Source: Phoronis australis | Taxonomy: Eukaryota; Animalia; Phoronida | Direction: 5' to 3' | Length of the DNA: 64,000 nt | Assembly (NCBI GenBank): GCA_002633005.1 | Contig: NMRA01000532.1 | Location: 176,032 to 240,031, forward strand | Shown here: piece by piece, positions 1-13,800 of the stretch | Numbering within the stretch: the stretch's first letter is position 1 | Layout: every line of letters starts with the position of its first letter | The notes under the pieces: generated by a model | Databases searched by the model: none | Told to the model about the DNA's origin: nothing | Seen by the model: only the letters and a program-made list of their open reading frames with translations | Position numbers and translations under genes: made by a program

Positions 1-451
1 CCACACGTTGTATAAGCTGGCATCTCAATTGCTATCAATGCTCTTGAAGATAATTGAATGCGTCGTTTACATGTACGTGTAAACTGTGAGTTGGTTGACT
101 TACTTCAAATATATGGGAAATGCATCGCCCTTTTCAGGCCTTTCAACTTGAGACGCTTAACTGCCTAGACAGACTTGCATAAATATTTGAATATCAATTT
201 TACAGTCTGTGGCCGAAGGAAAGTGCCTTCGAGTTTTGAATTTGATGCGGTAGGGACCTCGGGCAATGTTGCATGTATCACACGCAATATTTTCATCTAC
301 TGGACTTAACACTATAATATATAGATGTTAAACAGCACTGCGATTCAATATGACTAGCCATCTTGCATTTCATGAACAACTCAACTTACGGCATCAGAGA
401 ACAAATTGACACTTTAACCGCGTTTTTATGAGCACAACAGGTTCTTAGAAA

Positions 452-1345
452 CGCCACGCCGTGGAATCGAACCCGATACCTCTGCAGTCACAAAGTAACA
501 CCCTACACTCGTTAAACGGTCAAGCATCTTCTGCATATGTAAACGATAGAAATACCTGCGACGATTTCAGCGAATGTCTGTCACAGCACACCCCTTCGAG
601 AAATGGCAGATTGTAATGAAATCACAAAAACACAATGGGTTTGTTGTTTTTTTAGCTCTGGTCAAAGCTAATAAGCACCAGAAATCTATGGCACCTAAAA
701 TAATTATGAAAATGCGTTTTCCTACACAAAATACCATTTTATTTGTTAAAGTACCATTATGTTCTATGCAACTCAACAGTGGTCGTAAAAATGCATTTTT
801 CCACACAGCTGACAGTCTCCCATTACGAATTAAAGAGACAATAAGGAACAAGAAGTTATTTTTTTTAAATTCACCGCGCTGCGGAATCGAATCCGGAAGC
901 TCCACGGTCGCTGCTCAACACTCCGATGCTGAACAAAGTATTTTGCGATTACTTTATAGGCAATAGCAACAGCGAGAAATGGCGATCTATAGAAAAATCA
1001 GACACCCAATGGATGCTGTTGCTGATTAATTCAGGAAACCTATCCTGCCCAAGAGTAACAGTAAAATTGTACGTTTCGGTGGTAAAAGCGATGATTTCCC
1101 TTGAAGAGTTAGAGACATTATTTGCAACAAAGTAGTTTATTCTGGAATAAACCTCACAACGGAATCAAACCTAGCACTATACCGCTGTGAGTTCTAAATC
1201 CCACTTATTTAATTTTCAATTTACTCCAATTGTAACGACACCGGCAATAACATCAGTGAATGTCTGGCAGAAATGTCAATTTGTAAAATTCACAAAAACA
1301 TAATTTATTTTCATTGATGCCTCAGAACTTTTGGCCAATGCTAGT
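452..1345 (-). repeat. Degenerate tandem array of tRNA-derived (SINE-like) units
   Basis: GGAATCGAA (reverse-complement B-box) at ~463, ~882 and a variant at ~1161, with recurring GATTTCAGCGAATGTCTG and CTGGTCAAAGCTA body motifs. Confidence 0.6.
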
Positions 1346-1399
1346 GACTTACATATGCCGTCCAACAACAGACAATTTCCATAACTCTGTTGTTATGGG

Positions 1400-2330
1400 G
1401 ATAAAGCTATAATCAAGCGAGCGAATTAAGATTGTATAGGTCCAAGGGACAAGAGCACTACCTATCAAGTCCTTCCTTGGCGACTTGATAGTGACAACTG
1501 GCGTTGTAGTGGGCACAGCATGCGCATTGAACACAATCGAGGAACGAGTAAAAGTGGTCGAGAATGAAATTCAAGGGTATCAAGACCACAAGCTGAGGAG
1601 CATAGTGCATACAACTACTACACAAGTATCACAACATGTTTCTTAGACAAATTTGCGAAATTAAGTTGAAAACGTCAGCAATAGCACAGATACGGTCCAA
1701 TCTGTAATTAGCGGTCTAAAAGAAATAGACAGTGCTATGCTCCTGGGGAGATTCAATGTTTGGAGCTACCAGTTTGACCTGTTGCCCAAGTTCGCGAGGC
1801 AGTTAAGAGAATACCAGACCCAGTTTGGGCTTATGAACAGATACTAAACATGACTTTCCCATCCAGTTCTTTGAAACAAAACAAGCTCTATAACTCTCAA
1901 CAGCCCTCAAAAGTTTGGAGAGAATTTGAAATCTCCTAGCTGTCGAGGACTTATCAGTACTGTGAAGAACAAGGATTAATGAGACAAATTCAAAGATTAT
2001 CAACATAATTCCAACAGCTGGCGAAAGAGTGCGGCGACGAAGGATGGAAGTGGCACCACTTACCAGTAGATGTAGGAAACACGAGTTTTGAACCACGAAG
2101 CATACGGAGTTTGGCAAAGAAACTACATGTATGGCTACGATGGTCATCGTCTAGAAAATGGTCAAAGTCAAGCAGCATCTCAATCAGCGACAACGTACAA
2201 ATGTACATCTACTTGCAGCGATGTCCTGTTTACAAATTGCAAACGTCAGGAAACCTGAGACTACGGTTCTTCCTCAAGAGGGCCGAGCGTAAGAGGCTGT
2301 TCTGGATAAGGGCGGAGATACCTGAGGACG
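1400..2330 (+). mobile_element. Heavily decayed HERO-like (restriction-like-endonuclease, R2 group) non-LTR retrotransposon fragment
   Basis: Across frameshifts and stops: LYRSKGQ..LPIKSF, EERVKVVENEIQ, TVQSVISGLKE..MLLGRF, LLAVEDLSVL*RTRINE, FQQLAKECGDEGWKWHHLPVDVG, RAERKRLFWIR, colinear with HERO C-terminal motifs recalled from memory (ELTVPWEE, KYQEL..EC...GW....PVEVG, AAERASRWLW). Confidence 0.55.
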
Positions 2331-4670
2331 GCACCCAACCAGATGAAGAGGATTACTCCGGGAAGCGGAAAGTGTCACCGTTTACAAGTAAGTAAGCGAA
2401 ATCACACCAGCCATCTAGGATATTTCTCCAAATTTGCTATCTCAGCTACGTCAGTACACATTGAAGGTGTGTTAATTTCCCCTAAGTGTATAATTGAATA
2501 GATTTTCTTATCAACATTGTTTAGTAAATCTCATGTCTCATGTAGATTCTTGTTATTTATTTCTATGCGTTTTTTTCTCCAAAACTTACTTAGTTTATTG
2601 TTATAATATTATCTCATTTTTTGTTTTCTTTAATCTTCTTTGCAATGCAATGCATAACTGGAACTAAAATTTCGTTGCCTTTGCATACCAAGAGTGTGGC
2701 AGACGCACACGTCTGTATTGTTTTTAAAGAGTACCTTGCTCAAGTGTTTCGACAAGCGCACGACCTCTGCTTTGCTTCGCTTGTAGGTCTGTCCCCCATG
2801 TCCTTGTTGTTGGTGTCTTCTGAGTGTTCTGTGTACTTTTCATTTCTTGTAATTAATATTTAAATGGAATCAAAAAGACGTTACCATACTTGATAATCTC
2901 ATCCTGATAACATTTCTATTCAAGATCTGTACACACTGTTGACACGATTTATTGGAAGCGTGAGATACATGATCCTTTTGCAGACTCGTTTTCAATCAAG
3001 AAGAACATTATTTGAAACGTATTTCTGGCATAAGATGATACATTTTCATTGACAGCATTTGACCTCTGCAATTTACAACTCTTGTGCACGGTCATCTAAC
3101 CGAGTAAGCATAGCGAACAAACATATTTTCAAGCCGGTAGCCGGCCGGGTTGCACGTGACATCTTTTGTGGTATTCATAGAGTAGAGGGTTACCATACGT
3201 GTCAACTAATGGTGGTTGGGTGTTTGCTGAGTCATTTCCAGTTGTTTGAAGGGCTACGCAGAAGCGCTAAAGTGTTACGCATTTCAATTGAAAACTCGTG
3301 TAAAAATCTTCACGAATCTACGCAGCGTTTCTGTTGTGAAACAATTTCATTACGGGTGATGTCTGTCACCATAATTTAGTTTATAATGAGTATCAAGTTG
3401 AAATAATCCCAGTGAAAACTGGTGTTTCAATCTGTGAGAAAGTTTACTTCAATTCAGAAGACACCACCGAACACATGAGCTGTTCAGTCATTACTGGGTG
3501 ACCTATAGTGGTTAGAACTCATAGCCTTTTATCAAGTCTAAATCGTGTTACAGCTAAGTTATCCATAGTGAGAAATCTTCAATACATCTTTTTGTGTTTT
3601 CTTCAGCGAATTTGAGTTTTCAAACTCTTATTTTTAACCTTCTTTTGTCCGTTACTATTTGATCATATTTCCTCTGTACATATCTTTAGGTCAATCATTA
3701 TCTATGTGTTTTGTATTCACTTGCAACAGAACTAACTGGTTTCCCAAGATTGAATTTATATGTTGTGCTTTTCAACTAAGTTGCTATTTATGTACCTGTA
3801 AGCGAGCCTATGATATAATTTTGTTTTTTAAAAATGACTACCCTAGTTGTCCAGACTACCTTATTCATTTAACAACCCTTGAATTTTCAACAAGCATTGG
3901 TGTATTAATTGTTAAATACGGCTATCCTTTGAGTGCCTCGAGTAGTGTGAGTTTCTCTGGTCTTACATTGTTTTCCCCCTCATGGTCACAGTTCAATTCC
4001 TCTCACCGGCATCGAATGAGATATCACGCTATGCGGGTTCAGCTTACTGATGTGTCTTACTATTGTTTANACTACCCCCGTAGTAGCTTCTTTTTTTTCA
4101 AATAAATGCTACTGCAAGAGTAAATCGGGGTTGACAGCCGACTACCCCCGACCGCGAAACTTTTCACCGTTGTATTTAAACTACACGGAGATTGGATTTA
4201 ACACTACTTTCAGAGTAATTATGAATTAGGTCCCTGTATTGGTCCCGATCCTCAGATATTGCCTGCTGCCGTCGTTCCCAACCAGATTTCTCTACATGTT
4301 GAGGTGCCGGGTTTTCTTTAGATCAGCATTGTTTAATGACCTTGTTCATCCAACTCTGGGGTCCAGGGATGGGGGCAAGGCGTGTTGCCGTGAACGAGTC
4401 TGGTGCAGTCCAGTGGTTACGATTTTGCCAATAAAAATCGACTAAGAAATTCTCGTTTACCAACGTTTGTACTTAAATGTAGTAAACTCCAAATCCATCG
4501 GCAAAACGTACAGATAACCAGACAGATCCACACAGCTACATGTACCATATTACAAAGACAGGCATAATCTTATTCCTCAGAAAGTTTTTATATTCCATAT
4601 TAGACAAAAGTGGACATTCTTCTAGGGCCTTACATAACCTTAACAGAGGGACATGTTAGACCTTTCTCCC

Positions 4671-4804
4671 GTTCGGTAACGCTAGGATCTCGCTAAAAAC
4701 CAAGACTTCGGGACATTACGCGAGATATTGCCGTGTATATTAAATGAGATGACGTGATTTGAGCTAGGTCCTAGCGTAGGTCCTAGCGTTACTGATAGCA
4801 CGCC
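4671..4804. mobile_element. MITE family A copy (TIR GTTCAGTAACGCTAGGACCT…AGGTCCTAGCGTTACTGA)
   Basis: Self-inverted ends; similar copies at ~9993, ~17976, ~28168. Confidence 0.75.
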
Positions 4805-7800
4805 AGCTATAACCTTATCCTCCTCCGGCCTTATTACACCCCATGGGTGCACAGAACAGTTCTCACAGGGGTTTGCCTGTAAGAACACACGTCAATGAAC
4901 ACGTCACCCTTTCTTCACTCTGTCAAAAACTAAATGCAAAGAATGAAAAGTTTTTTGCATCACAAGCCTTACATAAAAGCACAGAAACTTTATTTTTTCT
5001 TGTATTTTTGACCCTTCCACTCTACTGAAAAGCAAGGTAGACCAACATAAAATGGGCAAAAACGCAAAATTAGCACTTTTCACCCACTTCCGTGCCGATG
5101 CTCGATTAAAGCCAACATTGGAATCTGAAAGCAAATTTCCTATCCATTCCAAAAATGTGATCCAAAAGTACTGTCAACCTACTATTTTTTGCAAATCTGG
5201 CTTGTTTGAGGGCTATCTGAAATCGCAGTCACTTTCGTAGTCGCTAACCAGCAATGCACAATTGCAACAGGAGGCCGCCATCTTGAAGAAGAGAGCAGCT
5301 ACAGCCGAGCAAGTGGCCTTTTTTATTCTCAACATGTTCACAAATACAAAATCGCATTCACTTGTCCTACATGCAATACCTAACTAAAAATGACCCCAGG
5401 GCCTACCCCTAGATTTTAATATTTGTGCAAATTGGCCGCGTCCGTCCCCTAACTGTACAATGCCACTTAACTTCTCATTTTGGATGGTTTTGTCACAGTT
5501 TAGGCAATGTGCGTTCAGGCAGTACTGATCCAAATTGCCACAATTCAGAAGTTTTATGAATTTTTGTTGTTGTTTCAATTTGGTATACACAGTGTCTTAT
5601 TCACTTCAATAAAAAAATAAATAGATAAAATTAAGTGCCAATGCAAACCTACATTGTAGTATGCTCTTGTACATATGCTATGCTATTTGCCTTGTTTTTA
5701 TGAACTTGCAAAAATTCATAGACAAAAAAAACGTGCAAAAACATTTTGCTTTGTACGACATACTTCCATTTTAGTGATATGTTTCAGTGACAAGATTCAT
5801 TCTACAGAGCTTAAGTGTCTACTTTCAAAGCTATCAAATCTAAGGCTATATCTTTATCTGATATATTTATCTGTTTTTATATCATATTATTAGCTATTTT
5901 ATTTTGACGAAGTAAAATAACCACCTTGTCCTAGGTACATTATTGTACCTATATTTCCTGTTTGGATTCCGTTCAGTTTACTGAAAAGTGCGCTATAAAA
6001 GACAGTCAACTACGTGTACTTTGAATTTTGTTTTTGCATCAAAAACAGACTTTTGCCATTTAAGTTAACCGATGTAACGACATTAGAAACCCTAAACTTG
6101 TAGTATGTATTGTAATATAGCGTTATGCAGGACTTCCCTTGTACTGCCAATAACACCATATATATTCTTTCCAATTTGATTTAGTTATAAACTTCATTGA
6201 ATGAAATGCAACGTTACACCAACAAAATAGTCGTCACGGTTGACTAATACTTAACTTAACTTCTTATGGACTTACAAATATTGGTATTAAAAACGAGAAT
6301 AGCTTTAACAAATGTTTGTACACATTATTGATGAACTACTGTAGGTTCGTGTTCTAGAGCGGGGAAACATAGAACTAATGTCTTTAAACCGGCATTATTA
6401 TTTTTCGGCCGGAAACGCATAATTGGGGTTATTTTTAGATAGTATAGTTTTCTTGAAATTATTAGTATCAACTCAGCTACAATACAGTAAAGTATATTCA
6501 TTGTTGTTTTGTTATCAAAAATGCTCGGCAGATATTCGTTTGAATTATACCAACAAGGTGGACGAGCTAAGGTGTATAATTGAAATTTAATCATAAATGT
6601 TTGCCTATGAAGCTTTCATTTCGAAGGTAAATCAATAAATACGGATTCTCTGCTTAGCTGTCAATATTGGATTCTCAACCGTTTTAGGGTATTTAACGAG
6701 TCGGTAACTTAAGTCGCTGGCAAACCGCAGAACGACCATATACGACTTTGCAAATTTATCGTTGGCCATCTCAAATAAGATCTGAAGCTTTTTCTTGAAT
6801 CGCTGTTGGTAACAAAAATACGAATCATATCGTGGTAGGGCATAGTTTCAAACCGTTACTGCCTTTTTTGATGAACCCTGATTTCATGTTGGTGTGTTGG
6901 TAATTTCTGGGTCGTGGTTTCATACACTGCATGAACCGCAAAATGCTTTCTCCGTTTACATAAGTGATGACGTAATGAAATATTGGCGCCTACGAGTACA
7001 CGAAGAACTGGAATGTTAGTTTTCCTTGAAGCGTAGACCTACTCTCTCAATCCCAACCGTGACAATACTTCAATGTACACGTCATAACACCGTGTGACAC
7101 TTGGGCGTTGCCATAAAAACAAAGCCAAGTACAATCTTTGTTGAACTAACTTTCAAGAAATCAAGGACCGAGAGTGCGCAAACGCGACTCAGACTTGTTT
7201 AGGAGTATTTGCTGATATTTAAATCTAGGTTCCGCGATTAGTAAACTATTTATAACGAAACTTCTATATTTTCTTTGGTTAAAGTTCTTTGGTGGATCCA
7301 TTACTAATGTCACTAATCATAAATATGGTGTAACTCGAAGGAAATTTGCATCAAAAATACTTTGAAACGTTTATCTAGATCAACCTGGCCCTAGCTCCGT
7401 CCGTAGTCAACACGATGTTTGAGTACATGTAGGTCGGAACTGTTTCTCGAAATAGACTTGAATACGTAAGGGGTGATATTAACCAACTGATCATAGGCGT
7501 TAAAGAAAATATTGGGGCATTTGGAAACTCAAAGCCCGACTACACAATGGAATAGGTATACGTTGAAAATAAGTCAATGCCAACTGTGTTTACACAAGGA
7601 AGTACACACACACACACACACGCCTGCAGGCGAATGGGCAATGTGCGTGTAAACACACAGAATAATAACACGCTTCTATGTGGTTAAATATATTTGGAAA
7701 TACCTGAATGAATGTTTATGATTTTTGGGCCGTTGCTAAACTTTCAGTAATTATTGCTGTTATTGCAGTAGCAGTTCTAAGCAGCAGCAGGACAGTACCG

Positions 7801-8216
7801 GACTATTTTTTGTGTTTGAAAGTACATGTACATACATGTCTGTGCAATACAGAGCTTCTAAAGGGTGCAAAAGTAAATTTCAACTTCATTTGCGTTCCCT
7901 CGGAAAATTTATTTTTGCGTTCCCTCACAAATATTTTTCGTTCCCACGCGATTGTTCTTGCGAAGGAACGCAAAACCTTAAAATTTAATATTTCTCATCA
8001 TGTTTCAGAAGCCCCGTATATTTCTCCAAGTTAAATGTTTTAAAGTCTTAGTTTTACACAGCATGCACTTATTAAAGTGGTTTGTCATTACTCCTTACTT
8101 AGATTGAAAATGTTGTTGTTGCCTAGGGAGAAATGAAAGGTGGTTGCTACTCGAGACCAGACTCATGAGTTTGCTTGACCTCGGAGTATCATATTGTTCG
8201 CTGACAAGTACTAACC

Positions 8217-8361
8217 ATGGGCGGCGAACCATAGGGGGCTGAGGGTGCTATAGCTTCCCACTTATTTCAGTGGTGTAACGCCCGTGGGCATAGGTGGCGC
8301 GCACCATAGGGAGCTGGGGGTGGCTATAGCCCCCACTTATTTCAATGCTGCGCTGCCCATG
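8217..8361. repeat. Tandem pair of ~72-bp GC-rich mini-elements (CATGGGCGGC…GCTGCCCATG)
   Basis: ACCATAGGG.GCTG.GGGTG.CTATAGC..CCCACTTATTTCA occurs twice; inverted CATGGGC/GCCCATG ends. Confidence 0.6.
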
Positions 8362-9992
8362 CTCACGTCCAATCTGAGTAACGAAAACGTTGACACGAAT
8401 TCCATAACCATAAGTGACCTCTAAAGCTGAAATTAGTGTTTCGGCAGGAAACAGTTTTAACGGTAGATTTAGCGGTTACTGCAATATCCTACGCCAGAGT
8501 TGCAAAAATGTAAACTTGTAGAACAGCTGCAAGTGCAGGTAAATGTCTAAATGCACAAAACATTCTTAGTTTCCGATTGAAGCTACCGATCACTTGCATG
8601 TTTAACATATGGTGGCGCTTTTTGAATTTTATTGTAACAGAGTAGCGGACGAGAAATAAAGAGGAAATTTAGAATCTTTTAGGCTTCATTGTCAACGCGT
8701 AAAAACTCTTTGACAATAAAACATTGTTTGTCCGACGGAACATGCACAAAACACGTCAAAAGAGTTATTACATTTCGTTAAATGAACATGAATTTGATTG
8801 CGAAAATACGTCAAAGCAAGTGCATTGTTTACGAAACTTCCTGCTCTCCACTTGAAATGTCGAATTTATTTCCACAATTGTGGAAATCCCGTGGGTAAAG
8901 CAAACAGGTCTGTGTTCAGTTTGATTCTTAGACGTCTATGATGAGCACTTAAACAACGGTGGTTAAAAAGTAAGTAAGAACAATATTTTTTACTTCTGAA
9001 ATATTTTGTGCTTTTCCTTTATTACCGAGTGCATTCCCTTGTCGCACATAGTTTATCAATATAAGAAACAGCAAAACTTCGTGTGTAGCTCGTGAACGGT
9101 AATTATAACAGTTATTGCATTAAGTTCGTCAATTGCTAAACAAACGAGTTTATGGTTCTTGAAACGTGTGAGTATAAGTAAATAAATGCCTTTAATTATC
9201 AGCACTTCAAATGGTCCTGACGCCACAGTTTTCGACAAGTTCTGTTAAAGCGCTCACCAAGCGCGCATTTTGTGTTCGTCTGCCTCTGAATCAAAGAACT
9301 ATGTCTACACGTATAGTGAAGAACAAATACGCTTTAGAGTGGCCATCACCCACCAAGTTCTTTGGGATCACATCAGACTAGTGTTTGCTCAGCACTATTT
9401 TTCGTGACTTCACGATGCGATTCATGTGTCTCATGTACTTGCCTTTCTAGAAGAATACAGGCACAGTTTTTGGTGTCAGTGTATTGGCTTGCTTTTAAGC
9501 TCCATTCACAAAGCACACCTACAGGGTGATGGAAGAAGTTGCCATCTAGTTTTTCAACGGATATTTCGTATAAATGAAAGCAAGCACTCGTTCTTCAACA
9601 AAGCTTTGATAATACTTTTACGTAAAATTGTACATTCCCTTGAAATGTCAGAGGCGCAATTCCGGAATTATACGGCAAATGTTACAATTATCAAATTATA
9701 GTCATTTGACTTATGTTCATACTTACGGTGTAGTTAAAAATGGCTGTTTCATCTTTTAAAATTTGTTTATAAAAGGTCTATAAATTATTATCTCAGTGCA
9801 TTTACGACTTCTTTGATAAGGAAATCCCTGAACACTTTCGGTGCAATTTCCCGAATAGGACAACATCAAACTGAAAACCTGAAGACGGCGTTCGCGGCAG
9901 ATTGATAAAACGGTTATAAACCCGCCGTTATCATACAAAACATTTCCGTTTTATCACTCGAAATTGATCTCAATTTGCATCTTGTTCAAACC

Positions 9993-10118
9993 AGGCGTGC
10001 GTTCAGTAACGGTAGGACCTACGCTAGGACCTAGCTAAAATCTAGTCTAAGTCACGTGCTCTCAATGATGTAATCATTTAAAATACACGGCAACATCTCA
10101 CGTAATCTCGCGAGGTCT
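9993..10118. mobile_element. MITE family A copy (opposite orientation, partial)
   Basis: GTTCAGTAACGGTAGGACCTACGCTAGGACCTAGC…AATACACGGCAACATCTCACGTAAT. Confidence 0.7.
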
Positions 10119-10663
10119 CTGGGCTTCCTAATAACTGCCAGTACATTTCTGCTTTAGATGAAGCTCTTCAAGATGACTGTCGCCGGCGACTGTTGAGTTT
10201 CCTTTCGTGAGTTGTCGCAGGTTGTCCTTGAGGGTGCTAATGGATTTCGGTGCAATGATATAGTGAAGATTGATTCGAGTGACTAATCTCGACTGCACCT
10301 ACAAAAGTCCATTAAAATCCTCCCTAACATCTAACATATGCTTCAGTCTATGCTTCCGATCGCTTCATCTTTTCGATTTTGACGGCCTCGCGCTCGTAAC
10401 ATGCTTGCATTGGATTGGCAAGGAAGATCTTAATCTTGCCGTACACATTGACCCTGTAGTCCATACGGTTGCAAATCAAAGATATTTAGCTATGATATCT
10501 AGGCAAAAAAAAAACTGTTATTGGCACTTAGAGAAAAAGACTGGAACTGGATATTTTGTAGATTTCGATACACCGCGGTAAACAAATAAAAATCTCATGA
10601 ACCCTCACTAAACTAACGTCTAATATGTTTTCAGAGATCGAAGCGGATGAAGTCTAGAATTCA

Positions 10664-10834
10664 ATGATGGCTAAGATGCTACGGCTTTTGACGACCGTTA
10701 TTTGCCTGTACGTCCTTTCCTCAGCCGCCTTAGAGCGAAACAAATATCATCTTGTTAATAATCAGTATGGCAATTTGCTCATTGCCATTAGCAACGACGT
10801 TGCTGAAAATGGTCAACTAATCGACAGGATAAAG
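10664..10834 (+). CDS. CLCA: CLCA coding exon 1 (signal peptide MMAKMLRLLTTVICLYVLSSA...NNQYGNLLIAISNDVAENGQLIDRIK)
   Basis: Hydrophobic N-terminus; CLCA-like N-terminal motif; donor AAG|GTAAGA at 10835 (phase 0); acceptor ttttcag ending 10634 implies an upstream non-coding exon. Confidence 0.88.
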
Positions 10835-13800
10835 GTAAGATTCAGATTAAGGCGGAGTTTTGTTGTGAACGTGCGTCTCCATATCGCCACAACAAATACT
10901 CCGTATTTAACTTGGGTTTTAAGTGACGTCCAGGTGAATATTGTCGTGTTTAGGCGGCTTTAAAAAGAACCTGTCCCTTTACTCTCATGAAGAATGTCTC
11001 CCAATCTTCCTTACGTACATGTAAGAAGGTTCTATTTCCGCTACGTCGAAGCCTTTAGCCACTCGAGAAAACGCGTCAGAATTTGTAAGGTTATGTATCC
11101 AATCTTAACGTTGAATGAAAATGGCGCATGTGCGCATCGTCTTTCGCTTGAACTGGTGACGGAAATGGCAAGTTATACATGTATGACGAGACTGAATTTA
11201 TGACTCTGAGAGTGAGAGGTGTAATTTGGATATCATTTTCGCTAGCAAACAAGCGAAACGAACCTGTAAAAATAATTGCAGACAGTCTGGTACACGTTGT
11301 ACCAGACGTGCTCACGACCCTCAGGTGGGCTCTTTACACTGATCACTTGGAGCCATATTTATGAAATATAGCTAAAACCGAGTTGATGAGCTAAAAACCT
11401 AACAGTCTGCCCCAGTTAGTCTCGAACCCACGACCTGGTCACACTGCCTCCTCAATCAAGCTTTGAGCATCCAGTAAAGTTTCAGCCGTATTAGCTCTTG
11501 AACACTCCGCAGAGGTAGNGTGACGGAAATGGCAAGTTATACATGTATGACGAGACTGAATTTATCAGTCTGAGAGTGAGAGGTGTAATTTGGATATCAT
11601 TTTCGCTAGCAAACAAGCGAAACGAACCTGTAAAAATAATTGCAGACAGTCTGGTACACGTTGTACCAGACGTGCTCACGACCCTCAGGTAGGCTCTTTA
11701 CACTGATCACTTGGAGCCATATTTATGAAATATAGCTAAAACCGAGTTGATGAGCTAAAAACCTAACAGTCTGCCCCAGTTAGTCTCGAACCCACGACCT
11801 GGTCACACTGCCTCCTCAATCAAGCTTTGAGCATCCAGTAAAGTTTCAGCCGTATTAGCTCTTGAACACTCCGCAGAGGTAGAGGCGTCGCAACTTTCCT
11901 GTCTTATTCTATCCTTTCCTCTCTAATGGAGAATATAGAACTGTAAATATGACAAGTGTTTGTTGGCTAGCACTGTTCACACAATCGAATTTGCCACCGA
12001 AGATTGGATGTCTATCTACCTGCAGTGTGCACTAAATTGCTTTGCCCGAATGAAGTACAATGTACGTCCACACCTTTACATGTCCTTGTCAAATCTACAG
12101 ACTTGCGTTCCATAAACGCAAAAAACTTCTCTAGATTTTGTCATTCTCACAAAAGAAGCACAATACCACACTAGGTTTTCTCGCGGCGGCTGTCCTGGGT
12201 CTACGGAACGCGGTCCAGGTATCCCACGGAGCAGTAAAATATTGTTTTCATTATTTCTAAGAGAGCGTGCAATGATACAATGAAATGAGGAATTTTTTTG
12301 AAATTACATTTCGGCCAGAAAAGCATAAAATTTGAAAAAGCACTCCTACATGTACATGTAAGTTAGACATTCGCAGAGAGTGCGTGAACCAAATATTTTA
12401 AAATAAGTTTCAGATGTCTCAAGTTCGTTTATTTATTACAGCATTTCAAAAATCACAATGAGGTTAATGCATTACATTCCCATTGCTTTCTTGTTATTCT
12501 CATGGAAAATCCCGACCTCATAATTACTTTTGTTCGCGTTTCCAATTATTGGCAAATCTTCATTTTGGCTTACCTGACGGCATTGTTCCTTTTGTCCCAG
12601 TTTATTGTGAACCAGTCAAAAACTTTTTAAACTGGAAATTCAATCAGCCGTGTTTAATTAAGTTATTCGCTATACAATTGTATGAAGTTGAATACGTCTG
12701 GAAAATTCTAATCCCCGTTTGAAGGACGTCAATTGCTGCCACAAATGATTTTCAGTTTGTGATTCGAGTTGAAAGCAAGGAGACTCATTGACAGCAAATT
12801 CACGAACAAATGTTATTCTACAGGAGAGTACTTATTCACAAGCACATGCGATTGTTATGATATATGTACATATGTACGAACTGGACAAGTTCTGAATAAC
12901 ACTTGGTTTACTAACACCGAAAAAAGGTAATAATAAATGAACATCTCTGCTGGGACAACAAATTAGCTAATATCAGAACTTGGTGGACAAATAGGTACAG
13001 GGGCCAGTGCGGTTTCATTGACCCCTCGGTTTATAAATAAGTAAGGCGTAGTGTGAATGAATAGACCGCCCACACAATCGTCGCGGTAGCTCTGTTTGCC
13101 TCTACAAGTACAGTAGTTGGTGGCAGCGTTGATTACCATTGAGGAGTTTCACACAGCAACAAGCAGTTTGCTTTATTATTACAAATGGAAAGAGTCAGGA
13201 AGGTAGATTTGATATTTAACTGAACTAGACAATAAGTATAGAAAATGAGGTTGGAGAATCCACTAAACAGTTGAGCGTTTCTGAGTAGTTCTTCAGGCTC
13301 TATGGATATGCTTGCGAGTGACCTAAAGTCCAAATATTAGACAAACACCTACAAATCCACACCATTTGAAATAAATTATAGTACTTGTTTTATGAAAATA
13401 AACTTTACAATTTAACTTCTAACTTAACCTCGATCTACCATAGATTGGCCGGATTTAACCTGTCTTCTTGATAAACTTCACCGAAAACCTTAACAAAAGT
13501 ACTAGACTCAGGTAAAAATATACGGCCACAACGAAACAGTTGTACCAGCAGTATGATCAAATTTGACTAAAATATCAAAAACGCTGCATTTCGCATTTTT
13601 TTACCTTTTATGGAAGTAAGCAAGACGCAAAGTGGCGTGTACGGTACGTTTTGCTCAAACGATATAAGTGACTATACCCTATGAGACGGTGCTTCTCCAG
13701 AAAAATAATTCGGGTTGAAAATACGTTAAGTAGTCCATTTGCATAAGTTATAAAAAGGTTGAATATGAAATGTGTTGAGTTAAAATTACGCCATGGGCGA

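Noticed and set aside
452-520. Functional tRNA gene on the minus strand (also ~40630-40700)
   Set aside because: B-box present but acceptor and anticodon stems do not pair convincingly; treated as tRNA-derived repeat
567-1135. Overlapping 112-130 aa ORFs
   Set aside because: Fall within the tRNA-derived repeat array; no coding hallmarks
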